NCBI GenBank assembly: GCA_051599415.1
Contig: AP039692.1
Location: 496,001 to 560,000 of the forward strand
Direction of reading: 5' to 3'
From: Savitreella phatthalungensis
Lineage: Eukaryota
Length of the DNA stretch: 64,000 nt
Part shown: one piece after another, positions 10,968-23,938 of the stretch
Layout of the letters: each line of letters opens with the position of its first letter
Position numbering within the stretch: the stretch's first letter is position 1
The notes under the pieces: generated by a model
Database searches by the model: none
Told to the model about the DNA's origin: nothing
Seen by the model: only the letters and a program-made list of their open reading frames with translations
Translations under genes and position numbers: made by a program

Positions 10968-12308
10968 CTAGTGCTGACTAGCTACGTTCAACTCCTGATC
11001 GCTAAGAAGCTCGACGGACAGCACAAAGTCCTGTGATTCGTCGCCTGGTAATAGACTTTCGAGCTCAACAAATTCATCCTCATGAGCAAAACGCTGCTTC
11101 GCCCCGAGCTCGTCCTCCGGCCGCACGTCGAATTCATCCTCTCGTTCCACATATTCCACGTTCTCCTCGAGCTCCTTGAAATCCGGAGCAAAAGAGCCCC
11201 ATCGCTCGACCGCAGGTATTCCCCAAACATGGACTGTGCCACTCTCGAGGCCTACCCCTGCTGCGAGTGGCAATTGTTGAGATGGATGCCAGGAGATATC
11301 AACGATCTCCTCGCGTGATGGCACTTCCAGGATCTTGACGAGTGAGCCCCTTTGCCTCTCCCAAATATAGAAAAGATCCTGTCCAGAACTTACGCCACCG
11401 ATGCTGCCTGATGATGCGCCGGCACAGATGTATTCCCCATTGCCGCTAAAACAGGCCGTGTGCCACTGCTGTCGATTTACTATGTCCTGGAACTTGTGCT
11501 CTGTCTCGAGCGGCTCCAGCTCATCAGAACCCTCGTCAGCTTCGCCATTCGTCATGCGCTTATCACGATGCGGCATGTTTGGCACTCGAATTGTCCTAAT
11601 GAGGCGATCTGTAGAGTTAATGACTGTAGTCTGATCATCGATGGTACTCGGGCAGAGTGACATTGTCTTGATGCTACCACTCGAAAGTCTCCAGCTGCCA
11701 AGGAGCACGCCATCTGTGCTGTCCCACATCAACAACGATCCCTTCGATGTGCCGCCGAAAACTGCGGCTCCTCCATGCACAAAGACGCAGGTGAGCACCG
11801 CTTGCCGAGATTTCCTATTTGCAGCAGACTCCTCCACACCAGCTTCATCTACGTCGGGGTCGTCTGATAGCCGATTGACTTTGCTCCTGTCGCCCTGGCA
11901 ATCAATCAGCACGGGTGGCGCGTCCAGCACAGCAGCGGCGAAGATGCAATGATTCGTGGGATGCAAGTCGGCCATCCAGACAGGTCCCGGCAGCTTGACC
12001 CTGCGCAGAGGTCCATCAAACGATGGACGTGCTAGATCCCACAGAAGACAAGTCCAGTCCCGAGAGGCCGACAGAAGATATCTGCCGTCGTGCGACCAAC
12101 GGAGAGATTGCACAGTACGCACGTGGCCACGGAGACGTCGAGCCTCGCGCATCGTGTCGAGCGTGTACACCAGGACGTCACCTTCGATTGTCCCAATCCC
12201 CAAGCAGCTGCCACAGAAGGCAACGCAGCTGGCATTCAAGCCGCCGAGCGTGTGGACGACCGTCTCCAGGTAATCCTGCTGGAACGGATCTGCGAGCAAG
12301 TTATTCAT
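10968..12308 (-). CDS. SWD1: COMPASS/Set1C WD40 subunit Swd1 (RBBP5)
   Basis: MNNLLADPF..DY, LRGHVRTVQSLRWSHDGRYLLSASRDW, EHKFQDIVNR, YIWER.GSLVKILE, WGSFAPDFKELEENVEYVEREDEFD. Confidence 0.92.
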   Translation of the reverse strand: MNNLLADPFQQDYLETVVHTLGGLNASCVAFCGSCLGIGTIEGDVLVYTLDTMREARRLRGHVRTVQSLRWSHDGRYLLSASRDWTCLLWDLARPSFDGPLRRVKLPGPVWMADLHPTNHCIFAAAVLDAPPVLIDCQGDRSKVNRLSDDPDVDEAGVEESAANRKSRQAVLTCVFVHGGAAVFGGTSKGSLLMWDSTDGVLLGSWRLSSGSIKTMSLCPSTIDDQTTVINSTDRLIRTIRVPNMPHRDKRMTNGEADEGSDELEPLETEHKFQDIVNRQQWHTACFSGNGEYICAGASSGSIGGVSSGQDLFYIWERQRGSLVKILEVPSREEIVDISWHPSQQLPLAAGVGLESGTVHVWGIPAVERWGSFAPDFKELEENVEYVEREDEFDVRPEDELGAKQRFAHEDEFVELESLLPGDESQDFVLSVELLSDQELNVASQH

Positions 12309-13541
12309 AACCACGTGTCAATCCAAAGTATCTCTCCTTCTTAGTAAGTCATCATATGAGACACTTCGTTCTTCAAGCCTATCGGTTCATCACCGGCCGA
12401 GATCGGCTGATCAAACGGACCCTCTGATGTCAGTGCAACGATGGCTCCTTATAATCCTTGTCGATGCCTGTGCTGTTTGTGCATCCGGTTGTGGTCTACA
12501 GACATACTGTACGTGCATATAGCTTTGCACAGTGTAGCCCAGCAAGGAAAAACGCAGCTGGCTTTTTGGATCTAGCTGCTTTCAATTTAGTGTATAAAAA
12601 TTAAGCCATATATCCGACCAGCTGAGTATAAATTTCTATACTTGGGATATCAAGTTCCTAGATTGTTTATATATACTCGAACTTGTGAACTAATTACATG
12701 CAGTACACTATATATAGCTGTACCTACATATCCCTAGTGTAAAGGAATACACGTGCGATATGACACCAAGCTGTGGACACCCGGGTGCTTAGAGCTATAC
12801 AGTCAATATAATTTATAGGAATTTTATTCGAACGCGCAAGCAAGCGGCTTACCTCCAGCTCTGTGCGGGAATGGGAAGTCGAGCATATACCCACAAACGA
12901 CAAGCCTACTCTGGAGCACAACCAACACACTTACCACCAGGTCGATCCTATCCTTGTCAAAGCAAGGAGTACTGGACAAGTGGCAGCGTAGGAAAGGTCG
13001 CTCGTTAGAGTTGATCCGCTCCCGCAACCAGACGCAGGATTTCACATCCAAGACACGCACGAGAGCGACAGACGAAATCGGATCATCGACCACTAACAAG
13101 GCTTCGGACACAGTTCTTCCTCGCACCTCATCTCTGAGTGCTTTGAGGACGCGTGCAACCAAAGCGTTCAAGTCGTCGATCATTCGCAAAGTCAGTTCTA
13201 CGCGCGTGATAGGACAGTGGTCACATCTGTCTTTCACTTCGATTTGCATCTCTTCCTCCTGGAATCTCGTCGCAGCGCTGCTCGGCAGTTCAAGAGAGAA
13301 CGAGAAGCAAAAAAGTCTTCGAGTGTCGCCTTCACTGGCAGACGCACTATTCCTGTCTTCTCCTTTCTAAGGTCCTCTTCTGAGCCAGCGCGACCATTAC
13401 TAGCATCTCTTTGTCTTCTTTCGCATCGTTTATTCATCCATTTGCTCTAAAGGTTACAGCGCGACAAGCACTTCCATCCGCACTAACGCAGTCATCTAAA
13501 TCCCAAAAAAAACACGTATCCAGCCGTCAAGTACTCACAGC

Positions 13542-16500
13542 ATGAACAGGTTTCCAGAGTCATCTGCACGCTTCAGGCGTATCGATGAGGTCCAATTTGG
13601 TATCCTTTCGCCAGAGGAGATCCGTGCAATCTCAGTCGCCAAGATTGAATACCCGGATACTATGGACGAGAGTGGTCTGAGACCTCGTCCTGGTGGTCTC
13701 CTCGATCCGCGACTAGGCAGCATTGACCGAGAGGTGAAATGTCAGACATGTAATGAAGACAGTGCCGAATGCCCCGGTCATTTTGGTCATCTCGAGTTGG
13801 CAAAACCAGTGTTCCACATCGGCTTCATCCATAAGATCAAGAAGATCCTCGAGTGCGTGTGCTGGAACTGCGGCAAGCTAAAGATCGATGCTCAAGACCC
13901 ACGGTTCGAGATGACACAGCGCTTTAGAGATCCAAAGGTCAAATTCAATGCCGTCTGGCAGCTCGCCCGCTCAAAGCTCATTTGCGAGAATGATCCTCCA
14001 AAGCAAGAAGACGAAGATGGAATGGGCATGGGCCTTCCCATGAAAGCCCACATTCAGCCTCAGAACACTCACGGCGGTTGCGGAAATGCACAGCCAGTGA
14101 TTCGTAAAGAGGGACTGAAGCTTTGGGGCCACTGGCGCAAGCAGAAGGACGCAGAGGAGGCCCCGGAGAAGAAGCTGCTAACTCCTGCAGAGGTACATGC
14201 TGTCTTTAAGCACATCCCTTCGGCTGATTTGAAAAGGCTTGGTTTGTCAGAGAATTACGCTCGCCCAGACTGGATGGTTGTCACAGTGCTTCCGGTGCCA
14301 CCGCCCACAGTGCGTCCTTCCATCAAGGCTGGCGATTCTATGCGATCTGAGGATGACTTGACCTTTAAGCTCGGAGACATCATCAAGGCCAATGCCAACG
14401 TGAAGAAGTGCGAGGTTGAAGGAGCCCCAGCTCATGTGATACGTGAGTACGAGGACCTGCTTCAATACCACGTCGCCACATATATGGACAATGACATCGC
14501 AGGTCAGCCACAGTCTCTGCAAAAGTCGGGACGGCCAATCAAGTCGATTCGTGCCCGTCTCAAAGGAAAGGAAGGTCGACTCCGCGGTAATTTAATGGGC
14601 AAGCGCGTGGACTTCTCTGCTCGTACAGTCATCACCGGCGATCCGAATCTATCGCTCGATGAAGTCGGTGTGCCGAGATCAATTGCGCGGACTCTGACGT
14701 ACCCGGAGCGTGTCACCCCCTTCAACATTCACAAACTGCAAGAACTAGTTCGCAATGGACCTGATGAGCACCCCGGCGCAAAGTATCTTATCAAAGATGG
14801 TGAGCGTGTGGACTTGCGTTATGCCAAGAATGTTGCGGACACGCCGTTGCAATATGGATGGGTTGTGGAACGTCATCTCCAAACTGGCGATGTGGTCATC
14901 TTCAATCGTCAACCCTCACTACACAAGATGAGTATGATGGGTCACAGAGTACGAGTCATGCCGTACTCGACTTTCCGTCTCAACTTGTCAGTCACGTCTC
15001 CCTACAACGCCGACTTCGATGGCGATGAAATGAATTTGCACGTCCCTCAGTCTGAGGAAACGCGTGCCGAAATTACGGAAATATGCATGGTGCCAAAACA
15101 AATTCTTGCTCCACAAGCCAATAAGCCCTGCATGGGTATCGTTCAGGATGCTCTCTGTGGCATTCGCAAGTTTACTTTACGCGACACCTTCATGTCAAAG
15201 GCTGCCGTGATGAATATCCTCATGTGGATCCCAAACTGGGATGGCATCGTACCCCCGCCGGCCATTGTCAAGCCTGTACAGATGTGGACAGGCAAGCAGA
15301 TCTTATCGATGGTGATTCCGAAGGGTATCAACTTACGGCTCGACGGTGAAAAACAAAAACCTGAGAACGAAGGAGACACCGGTGTGATGATTGAGGATGG
15401 CGAAGTCCTGTACGGTGTCTTCAACAAGAAGATTGTTGGCGCGCAGCAGGGCGGCGTTATTCACATCATCCTGAAAGAGCGTGGCTGGGAAGCGACGCGT
15501 GATTTCTTCACCTCCGCGCAGATGATCATCAATTACTGGTTGCTACACAACGGCTTCTCGATCGGAATCGGTGACACCATCGCTGACAAGGAGACGATGG
15601 CTCAAATTACTGATGAAATCAAGCGTGCCAAATCACGCGTGCAGGACATTGTCTCTGAGGCGCAACTCAACAAGCTCAAGCAGGAGCCAGGTATGACACT
15701 GCGTGAGACGTTCGAGTCCGCTGTGTCCGGCGTGCTCAACGCAGCTCGTGACACCGTCGGTAAAAACGCCGAGGCATCTCTGTCGCGTCACAACAACGTC
15801 AAGCAAATGGTGACGTCTGGGTCCAAGGGATCCTTCATCAACATTTCGCAGATGTCCGCCTGTGTTGGACAGCAGATCGTTGAAGGCAAGCGTATTCCAT
15901 TCGGTTTCAAATTCCGCACGCTGCCGCACTTCACCAAGGATGATTACTCTCCGGAATCGCGTGGCTTCGTCGAGAACTCGTACCTGCGTGGTCTAACGCC
16001 ACAAGAATTCTTCTTTCACGCCATGGCTGGCCGGGAGGGGCTTATTGACACTGCTGTCAAGACCGCAGAGACGGGCTATATCCAGCGTAGACTCGTCAAG
16101 GCTCTGGAAGATGTCGGCGTCAAGTATGATGGTACTGTGCGTAATTCTCTCGGTGACATCATCCAGTTCTGTTACGGAGAGGACGGTCTCGACGGCGGCT
16201 CCGTCGAATATCAAACTTTGCAAACACTGAGATTGAGCGATGCTGCTTTCGAAGATCAATATAGAGTCGATGTCACAGATCCATCGCGAACGATCAAGGC
16301 ACGTTTGCTCGAGCCAGGCAACGAAATCAATGATGCCGAGACACAGCAGCTACTCGATGAGGAATGGTCGCAGCTGTCCAAGGATCGTTACGACTTGCAG
16401 CACTTCATCTTCCCATCGGGCGATGCAAGATGGCCCCTGCCTGTCAATCTTGAGCGCATCTTACACAATGCGAAGCAGATTTTCCATATTCAGGACGGCA

Positions 16501-18824
16501 GGCCTACAGACCTTTCACCGCGCGCAATCATCATCGGCGTCCGAGAGCTTATTGCTAAACTCGTCGTCGTGCGTGGAGACGATCGCATATCTCATGAGCA
16601 CCAGGAGCACGCAACGACGCTATTCCAGACGCTTCTGCGATCCACGCTGGCAACGCGCAAAGTCATCGAGCGCCACTACCTAAATACAACAGCATTTGAG
16701 TGGGTGCTGGGCGAAATTGAGTCGCGTTTCTCACAGTCAGTGGCTGCTCCTGGTGAGATGTGTGGTACACTCGCAGCACAGTCGATTGGCGAGCCCGCGA
16801 CGCAAATGACGCTCAATACTTTCCATTACGCTGGTGTGTCATCGAAGAACGTCACACTGGGAGTTCCGCGTCTCAAAGAGATTCTGAACGTCGCGAAGAA
16901 TATCAAGACGCCGTCCCTTACAATCTACCTGGACAAGGAGTACTCCGCCCAGGTTGAGCGGGCGAAGACGATCCAGGCCGCAATCGAGTACACAACTCTG
17001 CGGACTGTCACGGCCGCAACGGATATTCACTACGATCCTGACCCTCGTAGCACCGTCATCGCAGCCGATCGGGACTTCGTTGAGGCGTACTACGAGATCG
17101 AGGCCGATGAGTCGGCGGACCTGAGTAACCACTCTGCATATGTGCTCCGCCTGGAGCTTGACAACGCCAAGATGATTGATAAGGGTTTGTCAATGGCGGA
17201 CGTCGCTGGCAAGATTGCAGAGTCCTTTGAAGGACAGATGCATATCATCTGGTCCGACGACAATGCCGACAAGCGTGTCATTCGTTGCCGCGTTGTCCGA
17301 GACAAGGCAATTGACGAGGAAGATATCGAGGAGGATGTTCTGCTGCGAAACATCGAGTCTCACATGCTCGAGTCTATCGATCTGCGTGGTATCCGAGGCG
17401 TCGACCGCGTCTTCCTCATCGAGCACAAGCGCGTCCATCTTTCGGAGGCCGGCACTTTCGAGCGTACTCCAGAATGGGTGCTCGAAACAGACGGCATCAA
17501 CCTGGCAGAAGTCATGGCTATCGAAGGAGTCGATGCTTCGCGTACCTACTCAAACTCCTTTGTCGAGGTTCTCCAGGTGCTCGGCATTGAAGCGACTCGT
17601 GCTGCCTTGTTGCGAGAACTACGTGCTGTCATTGAATTCGACGGCTCGTACGTCAATTACAGGCATCTTGCTCTACTAACGGACACCATGACCTCACGTG
17701 GCCACCTGATGGCCATCACCCGTCACGGTATCAATCGAGCAGAAACAGGCGCACTCATGCGCTCGTCTTTCGAGGAGACCGTCGAGATCCTGATGGACGC
17801 TGCGGCTGCCGGTGAGAACGACGATTGCCGCGGTGTTTCTGAGAACATCATGCTCGGGCAGACGGCGCCAGTAGGCACGGGTGAATTTGATGTGCTCCTT
17901 GACGAGGAGTTCATGCGAAACACTGTCTCGTCTATTCCGCTGCCCCAGATGGGCGGCGTCATGGACCCGGCCGGTGGCTCCGCAACTCCGTACGACGAGC
18001 GCTCTCCAATGGCATATCACGCCGACTACGGGGCTGACGATAGCGCAGCCTTCTCGCCGCTGGTGCAGTCAGGAGGAGCCGATGACAGCTACGCTGACAT
18101 GTCGGCCGGATTCCAGTCGCCTTACGGTGCCGGTATGGCTTCGCCCGGATACACCCCACAGTCGCCGTACGGATCAAGTGTGGCTTCTCCGAGCTATTCG
18201 CCCGGAGGTGCTTCGCCCGCGTACGGTGCTGCCTCACCGGCATATGGTGGAGCCACTTCGCCGATGTATGCATACGCAACATCGCCGGGTGCATCTTACG
18301 GAGCTGTCAGCCCGGCTTACTCGCCATCCAGTCCTGCGTACTCACCGAGCTCACCATCTTGGAATGGCGCTGGAGGCGGCACCTCTCCGGGTGCAGCTTC
18401 GCCGGCTTACTCCCCGCAATCGCCTTCTTGGACGCCTGTATCGCCCAACATCGCTGGTGGCGCGACGTCTCCACAGTACTCGCCCACCTCACCGCAGTAC
18501 TCCCCGACCTCCCCGCAGTATTCTCCCACTTCACCGTCACTGTCACCAGGTGGTGGAGCTGGTGGGTACTCCGCGACGTCTCCTCGATACAACATGTCAC
18601 CGACATCGCCACAGTACTCGCCTACTTCGCCGCAGTACAGTCCCACGTCTCCTCAGTATTCGCCAACCTCGCCCTCAATGTCGCCAGGTAATGGTGGCGG
18701 TTATGGCGCGAGCCCGACGAGCCCAGCCTACTCACCACATCAAGGTGCAAGCTACTCGCCAACATCGCCTGCCGCGTATTCTCCGGCTTCGCCATCGTAC
18801 TCGCCTTCTGGCAACTACAACTGA
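13542..18824 (+). CDS. RPB1: RNA polymerase II largest subunit
   Basis: [10 protein letters not shown] zinc site, [10 protein letters not shown] catalytic motif, bridge helix [28 protein letters not shown], trigger loop [13 protein letters not shown], heptad CTD. Single exon. Confidence 0.99.
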   Translation: MNRFPESSARFRRIDEVQFGILSPEEIRAISVAKIEYPDTMDESGLRPRPGGLLDPRLGSIDREVKCQTCNEDSAECPGHFGHLELAKPVFHIGFIHKIKKILECVCWNCGKLKIDAQDPRFEMTQRFRDPKVKFNAVWQLARSKLICENDPPKQEDEDGMGMGLPMKAHIQPQNTHGGCGNAQPVIRKEGLKLWGHWRKQKDAEEAPEKKLLTPAEVHAVFKHIPSADLKRLGLSENYARPDWMVVTVLPVPPPTVRPSIKAGDSMRSEDDLTFKLGDIIKANANVKKCEVEGAPAHVIREYEDLLQYHVATYMDNDIAGQPQSLQKSGRPIKSIRARLKGKEGRLRGNLMGKRVDFSARTVITGDPNLSLDEVGVPRSIARTLTYPERVTPFNIHKLQELVRNGPDEHPGAKYLIKDGERVDLRYAKNVADTPLQYGWVVERHLQTGDVVIFNRQPSLHKMSMMGHRVRVMPYSTFRLNLSVTSPYNADFDGDEMNLHVPQSEETRAEITEICMVPKQILAPQANKPCMGIVQDALCGIRKFTLRDTFMSKAAVMNILMWIPNWDGIVPPPAIVKPVQMWTGKQILSMVIPKGINLRLDGEKQKPENEGDTGVMIEDGEVLYGVFNKKIVGAQQGGVIHIILKERGWEATRDFFTSAQMIINYWLLHNGFSIGIGDTIADKETMAQITDEIKRAKSRVQDIVSEAQLNKLKQEPGMTLRETFESAVSGVLNAARDTVGKNAEASLSRHNNVKQMVTSGSKGSFINISQMSACVGQQIVEGKRIPFGFKFRTLPHFTKDDYSPESRGFVENSYLRGLTPQEFFFHAMAGREGLIDTAVKTAETGYIQRRLVKALEDVGVKYDGTVRNSLGDIIQFCYGEDGLDGGSVEYQTLQTLRLSDAAFEDQYRVDVTDPSRTIKARLLEPGNEINDAETQQLLDEEWSQLSKDRYDLQHFIFPSGDARWPLPVNLERILHNAKQIFHIQDGRPTDLSPRAIIIGVRELIAKLVVVRGDDRISHEHQEHATTLFQTLLRSTLATRKVIERHYLNTTAFEWVLGEIESRFSQSVAAPGEMCGTLAAQSIGEPATQMTLNTFHYAGVSSKNVTLGVPRLKEILNVAKNIKTPSLTIYLDKEYSAQVERAKTIQAAIEYTTLRTVTAATDIHYDPDPRSTVIAADRDFVEAYYEIEADESADLSNHSAYVLRLELDNAKMIDKGLSMADVAGKIAESFEGQMHIIWSDDNADKRVIRCRVVRDKAIDEEDIEEDVLLRNIESHMLESIDLRGIRGVDRVFLIEHKRVHLSEAGTFERTPEWVLETDGINLAEVMAIEGVDASRTYSNSFVEVLQVLGIEATRAALLRELRAVIEFDGSYVNYRHLALLTDTMTSRGHLMAITRHGINRAETGALMRSSFEETVEILMDAAAAGENDDCRGVSENIMLGQTAPVGTGEFDVLLDEEFMRNTVSSIPLPQMGGVMDPAGGSATPYDERSPMAYHADYGADDSAAFSPLVQSGGADDSYADMSAGFQSPYGAGMASPGYTPQSPYGSSVASPSYSPGGASPAYGAASPAYGGATSPMYAYATSPGASYGAVSPAYSPSSPAYSPSSPSWNGAGGGTSPGAASPAYSPQSPSWTPVSPNIAGGATSPQYSPTSPQYSPTSPQYSPTSPSLSPGGGAGGYSATSPRYNMSPTSPQYSPTSPQYSPTSPQYSPTSPSMSPGNGGGYGASPTSPAYSPHQGASYSPTSPAAYSPASPSYSPSGNYN

Positions 18825-19283
18825 ATCTGAGCATCATCGTCATGAGGGCTTTATCCCGATTCCACTTTCTTCATCATCCCCTCAAATATCTTGCCGAACA
18901 GTAAAAACAGCAAAATACACATCCATCTTGCATGATCGATCGAGCGAGTGTACGATGTCCTGGCTGTCTTTTACCCTATTTTGTCATGGTGGACTTGAAG
19001 TGCATGCGTCATTCATGATCATGGTCGAAGCAGGCCGAAAGCCGCTAGGTAATCTCACCTGTCACAGCTTTCATCTTGTCACGAGATGCGAGAGTCGCGA
19101 GATGCGAGGTTATGAGGCCATTTTTTGTTCTTCGCGCAGGACTTTTGACAAACCGTGCTAGCCAGTGGGTAGTACTCGTCAGTCTCGAGGTGGTCGCTGT
19201 GCCGTGTGCGAGGGTCGCGGCCCGGTCTATAAAGACCGGCCTGCCTGGCCCTCGAGTTCACCATCTAACCAACTCCTCTCTTC

Positions 19284-20852
19284 ATGACGACTGACTTGAC
19301 AGCCTCCAACCTCAGTGACTCCTCCCTCCAAGCTCTGAGACTCATCATTCCGGACTCAAGTGTCGCGTCAACTGCTTCCTCCATCGCAGTGCCTTCGCGT
19401 CGCACGTCCGAGGACTTTCAGCTACCCATGCCGGTGTCGCCCGTCTCGATTGTCTCTCCTGGTGGCAGCGATGACATGCGCATGCTTCCCATGGCACTCC
19501 CAGCTCTCCTTCGATCGACTTCGCTCTTGACCTCTACGTCCGCTGAGCCGCGTCGCCTCGCTTCTGCTGCTTCTTATGCAGCCTCTATCGATCATGGAGC
19601 CCATCAGGAGCACCTCGAGTTGGTGGCGAGGATGTCGCCACCTATGCATGATGACTTCGACCACGAGATGGTCAATCCAAGTGGCTTCTACAACACCGAC
19701 GAGTCTTCCAGCTCCACTCTTGTTCTCAACAAGTCAAGCTCGTCGTCTGAGACGCTTAACGCCGAAGCGCCAAATGGTTCTTGTTCAATTTCCCAGATGT
19801 CGACCATCCGGACCGAGGAAGTCGAGCTGCCGAGTGACGCTTGCCTGAATAAGTCATCGACCACCGAAGCATTTCATGGCCATGACGCAGCCCTCCTTGA
19901 AGAGCTCAAGCGTGATGCAGCAGTCGCGCGCAAGTGGTGCAAGGCTCATCCTGCAGGTGACCAAGAAGGCAAGCGAGAGCCTGAGCGCCCATCGCCCTTC
20001 GCTGGCTACAAGGCCGCGATGGTGTCGGCCACGAAGGACACGGAAGCGTTCAGATGCCCCTACGCAGGCACTGCCGCTTGGACACGCTCTCGTCCCTCGC
20101 TGCTCCACGGCGCGTATGTGTTTCCCCGGATCGGCGAAAGACGCATTGACTCGTCGGTCCAAGATGAAGCAGCAGCCTACGCTGCCAGAGTCTTCGCTAT
20201 GCACCACCAGCTGGCGGAGGCCGATGACGTCGATGACAATTTAAGTCTCCTGGCCAACGCGGCTCCCCTCAGTGGCGCAGCTACGGAAGATCAGGCGAGG
20301 ACAACGCCATTGCCACTGACGGACAAGCGTCTCACCTTGCTCGGCCGCGTACGTCGTGCCATCAACAACAAGCGCGCTCGCAACGCCACAAGCCCTTCGG
20401 CTCCAGACAACCTCGGCTACAACGCCGACCAAGAGATGGACTCGATGTCCGACAAAGATCAAGCGGCCCGCGAGTCCGATTTCGAGCTGGTGTCTAACGA
20501 CATCCCAACGTGCGAGAATGGGATGATCGACATCCATTCCAATGGGGAGGATGTGGACGAAGAAGAAGGGAGGCAGGCGAAGCGTGGTCGATTTCCGGTT
20601 GTGAGGTTTTTCAGGAGGACTTCTTACGACAGCGCGCTGGCTAATGACGATGACGAGATCCACGCGTTCGAGACGTTCGTCAGGCCACCGCTGGTCCAGG
20701 GCACCGGCAGGATCCCACCGCACATGCGCATCGCTCGAGGTGGCAGACTCATCTCACCGTACCCAACCCCAGCAAGGGAATTCACAAACCTCGATCTCGA
20801 AACCGCTTTCGCCACAGCCGCCAACGCAAGGCTCACCGTTCCTGCTGTATGA
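19284..20852 (+). CDS. Hypothetical protein (522 aa, S/P/acidic-rich, likely disordered)
   Basis: Long ORF with ATG and TATAAA at 19228. No domain recognised. Confidence 0.65.
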   Translation: MTTDLTASNLSDSSLQALRLIIPDSSVASTASSIAVPSRRTSEDFQLPMPVSPVSIVSPGGSDDMRMLPMALPALLRSTSLLTSTSAEPRRLASAASYAASIDHGAHQEHLELVARMSPPMHDDFDHEMVNPSGFYNTDESSSSTLVLNKSSSSSETLNAEAPNGSCSISQMSTIRTEEVELPSDACLNKSSTTEAFHGHDAALLEELKRDAAVARKWCKAHPAGDQEGKREPERPSPFAGYKAAMVSATKDTEAFRCPYAGTAAWTRSRPSLLHGAYVFPRIGERRIDSSVQDEAAAYAARVFAMHHQLAEADDVDDNLSLLANAAPLSGAATEDQARTTPLPLTDKRLTLLGRVRRAINNKRARNATSPSAPDNLGYNADQEMDSMSDKDQAARESDFELVSNDIPTCENGMIDIHSNGEDVDEEEGRQAKRGRFPVVRFFRRTSYDSALANDDDEIHAFETFVRPPLVQGTGRIPPHMRIARGGRLISPYPTPAREFTNLDLETAFATAANARLTVPAV

Positions 20853-21340
20853 TCTACAAATCGACTCAAAAACTGCGATGCCTGGTGGCAATCGTGAAAT
20901 ATTTATCAAGCTCACTAATCGTCCTGCTGGACAATCTACGCTGTTTCTACTGCTGTTTAATCGTGACTGTTCAATACTATAGTCAATCTCATGTATTCAA
21001 GTGTACGGTGAGCATGTGATCTCATGGGTGCAATGAGCACATGACAGGAGAGTTACAATCATACGCGGTACGATTTGAGTAATGTTGTACAATTTCGGAT
21101 TCTCGCTACAGGGTTAGTTGCGTACGTAGTGTGTCGTTGCGAGGAGTCGCTGCAAGCGTCATGAAAAACAAGACAGAAAGGTCGTCGGAGGTCGCTGTCG
21201 CCAAAAGGAAGGAGAGAGTGTGGTGAATTCAGATGATGATGAGGTCTCTGAAAGAGGGAGGGAGCGGTGCAGGATAGTGGTGCCATGAATCGCAAGAGTG
21301 ATCGCACAAGCTTGGCCCCGAGGTGGTTCGACGGGAAGTT

Positions 21341-22081
21341 TCAAGCGGTTTTAAAAACATCCCGCTTAAAGCGGTAGAGTTTCAGCCTGATGCTGAGAAC
21401 GAGTTCTCTCCAGAGGGCTCTAAAGCCCTTGACGCGCTGATCCTCCACCCGCAGAGTCGTCCTTGGATGAGTGGTGGGATACCGCGAATACCCGGAACCC
21501 CGGATAGCGTCTGCGTGGACACCGTGGTAGAGGGCATCGTCACGGCGAGATCCAAGGGAGTCGGAACGCGTGATAGTGCCAAATTGTGCGCCACGTGATT
21601 GCAGTGGAGCGTACGATTCAGACACGGATAACTGTTTGCTGTGCTTGCGCGCATGTGAGCCGAAGCCCACCCAAGCGAGGCGTGCGGCATGAAGCGACGG
21701 CGGTTCTAGCGGCGGAGGCGCCACGTACTTGCCGTCAGCGCCGATATGCGGTCGTCCTTTGAGCGCGTCAATCGACGCAGAATGCCGGTGGGCAGCTGAG
21801 GAGCGTTTGACGTCCATGCTGACGCGTTTGATTGCGCTACTCATTCGTCGCAGACCTCCATGATGTCCATGGACATTCTCCTTGGAGGCTGACGTGAGGA
21901 GCTGTGGATGTGAGTAGACAGTTGCGGCTGATGATGAAAGTCCTCCAGTCTGCAAGGTGGAAGAACGTCCGCGAGAGGTAGCTGTGGCAAGTGGTGAGTC
22001 TGGACAGGAAGGCAGATGTTCTGGATACATCAGATCCTCTGCTGTCGGCATGAGCGTCGTGGGTAAGAGCATCGTCGTCAT
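21341..22081 (-). CDS. Hypothetical protein (246 aa) with a basic amphipathic C-terminal helix
   Basis: ATG-initiated ORF with C-terminus KGFRALWRELVLSIRLKLYRFKRDVFKTA. No family recognised. Confidence 0.6.
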   Translation of the reverse strand: MTTMLLPTTLMPTAEDLMYPEHLPSCPDSPLATATSRGRSSTLQTGGLSSSAATVYSHPQLLTSASKENVHGHHGGLRRMSSAIKRVSMDVKRSSAAHRHSASIDALKGRPHIGADGKYVAPPPLEPPSLHAARLAWVGFGSHARKHSKQLSVSESYAPLQSRGAQFGTITRSDSLGSRRDDALYHGVHADAIRGSGYSRYPTTHPRTTLRVEDQRVKGFRALWRELVLSIRLKLYRFKRDVFKTA

Positions 22082-23938
22082 GGTATCTGTGCAGGAAGAC
22101 CGCTTTGTCTTGTCTTGAGGAGATTGCCAAGAACAGTAGAGTTGTAGCTACTATCTCTACAGACCCAAAACACCTGGTTTGACGGTCCGTTGCCAAGTCA
22201 CGGGACTGTGTCAGAGGTCGAACGTTGCTCGGCGTGGATCAGCTTGATGACGAAACGATCTTAGAAATCACAAAGAGCTCCGCGCTCGGGGTTCGAGCAC
22301 GCGCTATCGCTTTAATGCTTGGATTGTGCAAGGACCGGGGTGCGTCGCAGCTAGACGATGAACGACCGCGGCAGCGACTCAAGAAAGCACTCGCGGGATG
22401 TTGTGTCGATGCTGACCACGGTGTGTAAGCAGGAAAGAGGTTGGAAGTGCCTGCCTTGATCAAGAGATTTGCTCTTTGCTACGAAGAGATCGAGAAAGCT
22501 CGTCTATCTCTTTGGCAGACTTATCGCGCGTTGGACTAGAGGCGTCACGAGTTCAATTGACAAGAAGTGTGTCCGATGGAGCTCAAAGTCGATTGCCTCA
22601 ACACTGTTAAGGACGTGCTTTGACCGTGTCTGAGGACGATGGGCGTAGGACGATAAGGTTACTCTTGCCCGAGATCGAACCCGTGGTTTGCACTTATGAA
22701 GAGCTTGTGCTTGAGAGCTGTTTGTCACAAAGACAGTGACGGACTGTCGAAGAGATAGAGATGACGAGACTCGCTCCTCAAACCTTCACGCGCAACCATG
22801 AACACACGCACCACACAAGAGCCTTGGACGCAGACTACCTTGCACTGTACTGCGCTCTGCCTTACTCCGCAGAGGTTGATTCGGAGAGATTGTTGTGCGC
22901 GGGAGATGCGCGTCATTAACCGAATGTCTGCGTTCATTTCACCAGAAGCCTCTAAGCAAAGTCAACTAGAGTCAGACTTGGTCTGAAAATGGTTCCACAT
23001 GGCTGGGCTTACAATCTAAACAGGGAGAAATAAAACCGTGCAGTTAAAGTTACTCAAGAGCCAGTCAATTGTGATGAGCCTGTACGAGATACAAAGACCC
23101 AAGAAGCCATTACATGGATGTTTTGTGTATCTGAAACTACCCTTCTCAGCTTGGTTATTCATTTTCCTGAACGAGGTTGAACAAATTTGACTCAGGTTGG
23201 ATCAGTCTGAGATGGGAAGTGCGATCATTTCTGAATGAGATTGAGACTCGCCAATGGACGCCACGCCGGAGCAAATTTACGGCCGATTGAAGGATTCACT
23301 CTCTCCAGATTACATCGGTTGAAATTGACCTGTTGATCTTGTAAATGAGGTTATCAATCATTGGACAATACCCGAGCACGTGAGATATTGCCTATCTCAC
23401 TTTAATTGCTGGACAAAAAATCGTCCGAGATTTGGCTCTTACTCTTAATCGAATCTACAAATAGAAAATGATCAGGTACCTACGTGTATTGTTCGAACTT
23501 AAGTATTCAGCCAGTGGTAAAAGATTTGAGATCTAATAAGCATGAAAATCCATATACTTATTGAACATTGTTCTTCAGAAAGCAGAATTGCGTTCATCGA
23601 GCCATGCCTAGCTGGATTTCTACTGTGACTTGTGAAGTTTGAGATGTAAAATTTATGTGGGACGATATACTGTGGATATATGGTCACTAGAACGCTTCCA
23701 TTGTGCATCCCAGTGGAAGCTGAGCAGAACAGGCTTTTTTTGCAATTACCCCGGTACACGTGAAGAACCCAATCAAAGACGTCATTTCCAAACTTCTAGC
23801 TGTCGATTGTCTGCTATTGTCCATTCTCAGTACACGCACACACAGAGGACACTAGACAGGAACAGTATCCCTACAGAATCAGCTAGTACGTTTACATATT
23901 CCCGACCGTCATTACAATCGATCTACAGCACCATCACC

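Noticed and set aside
12309..13541. Short ORFs between divergent SWD1 and RPB1
   Set aside because: Mostly non-ATG starts and no recognisable protein features; consistent with promoter and leader sequence.
17881..19161. 426-aa alternative-frame ORF over the RPB1 3' end
   Set aside because: Arg/Leu-rich shadow frame of the GC-rich CTD repeats, with a non-ATG start.
22660..22715. GGTTCGATC (T-loop/B-box-like) on the minus strand, suggesting a tRNA
   Set aside because: No 5-bp T-stem, acceptor stem or D-arm can be formed.
23071..23134. GTGATGA..CTGA resembling a C/D snoRNA
   Set aside because: No convincing terminal stem, and no rRNA-antisense guide that I can recognise.
23639..23938. 100-aa N-terminal extension of the repeat protein in the ORF track
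   Set aside because: Starts at TTG in promoter-like sequence; the ATG at 23939 has a strong context.
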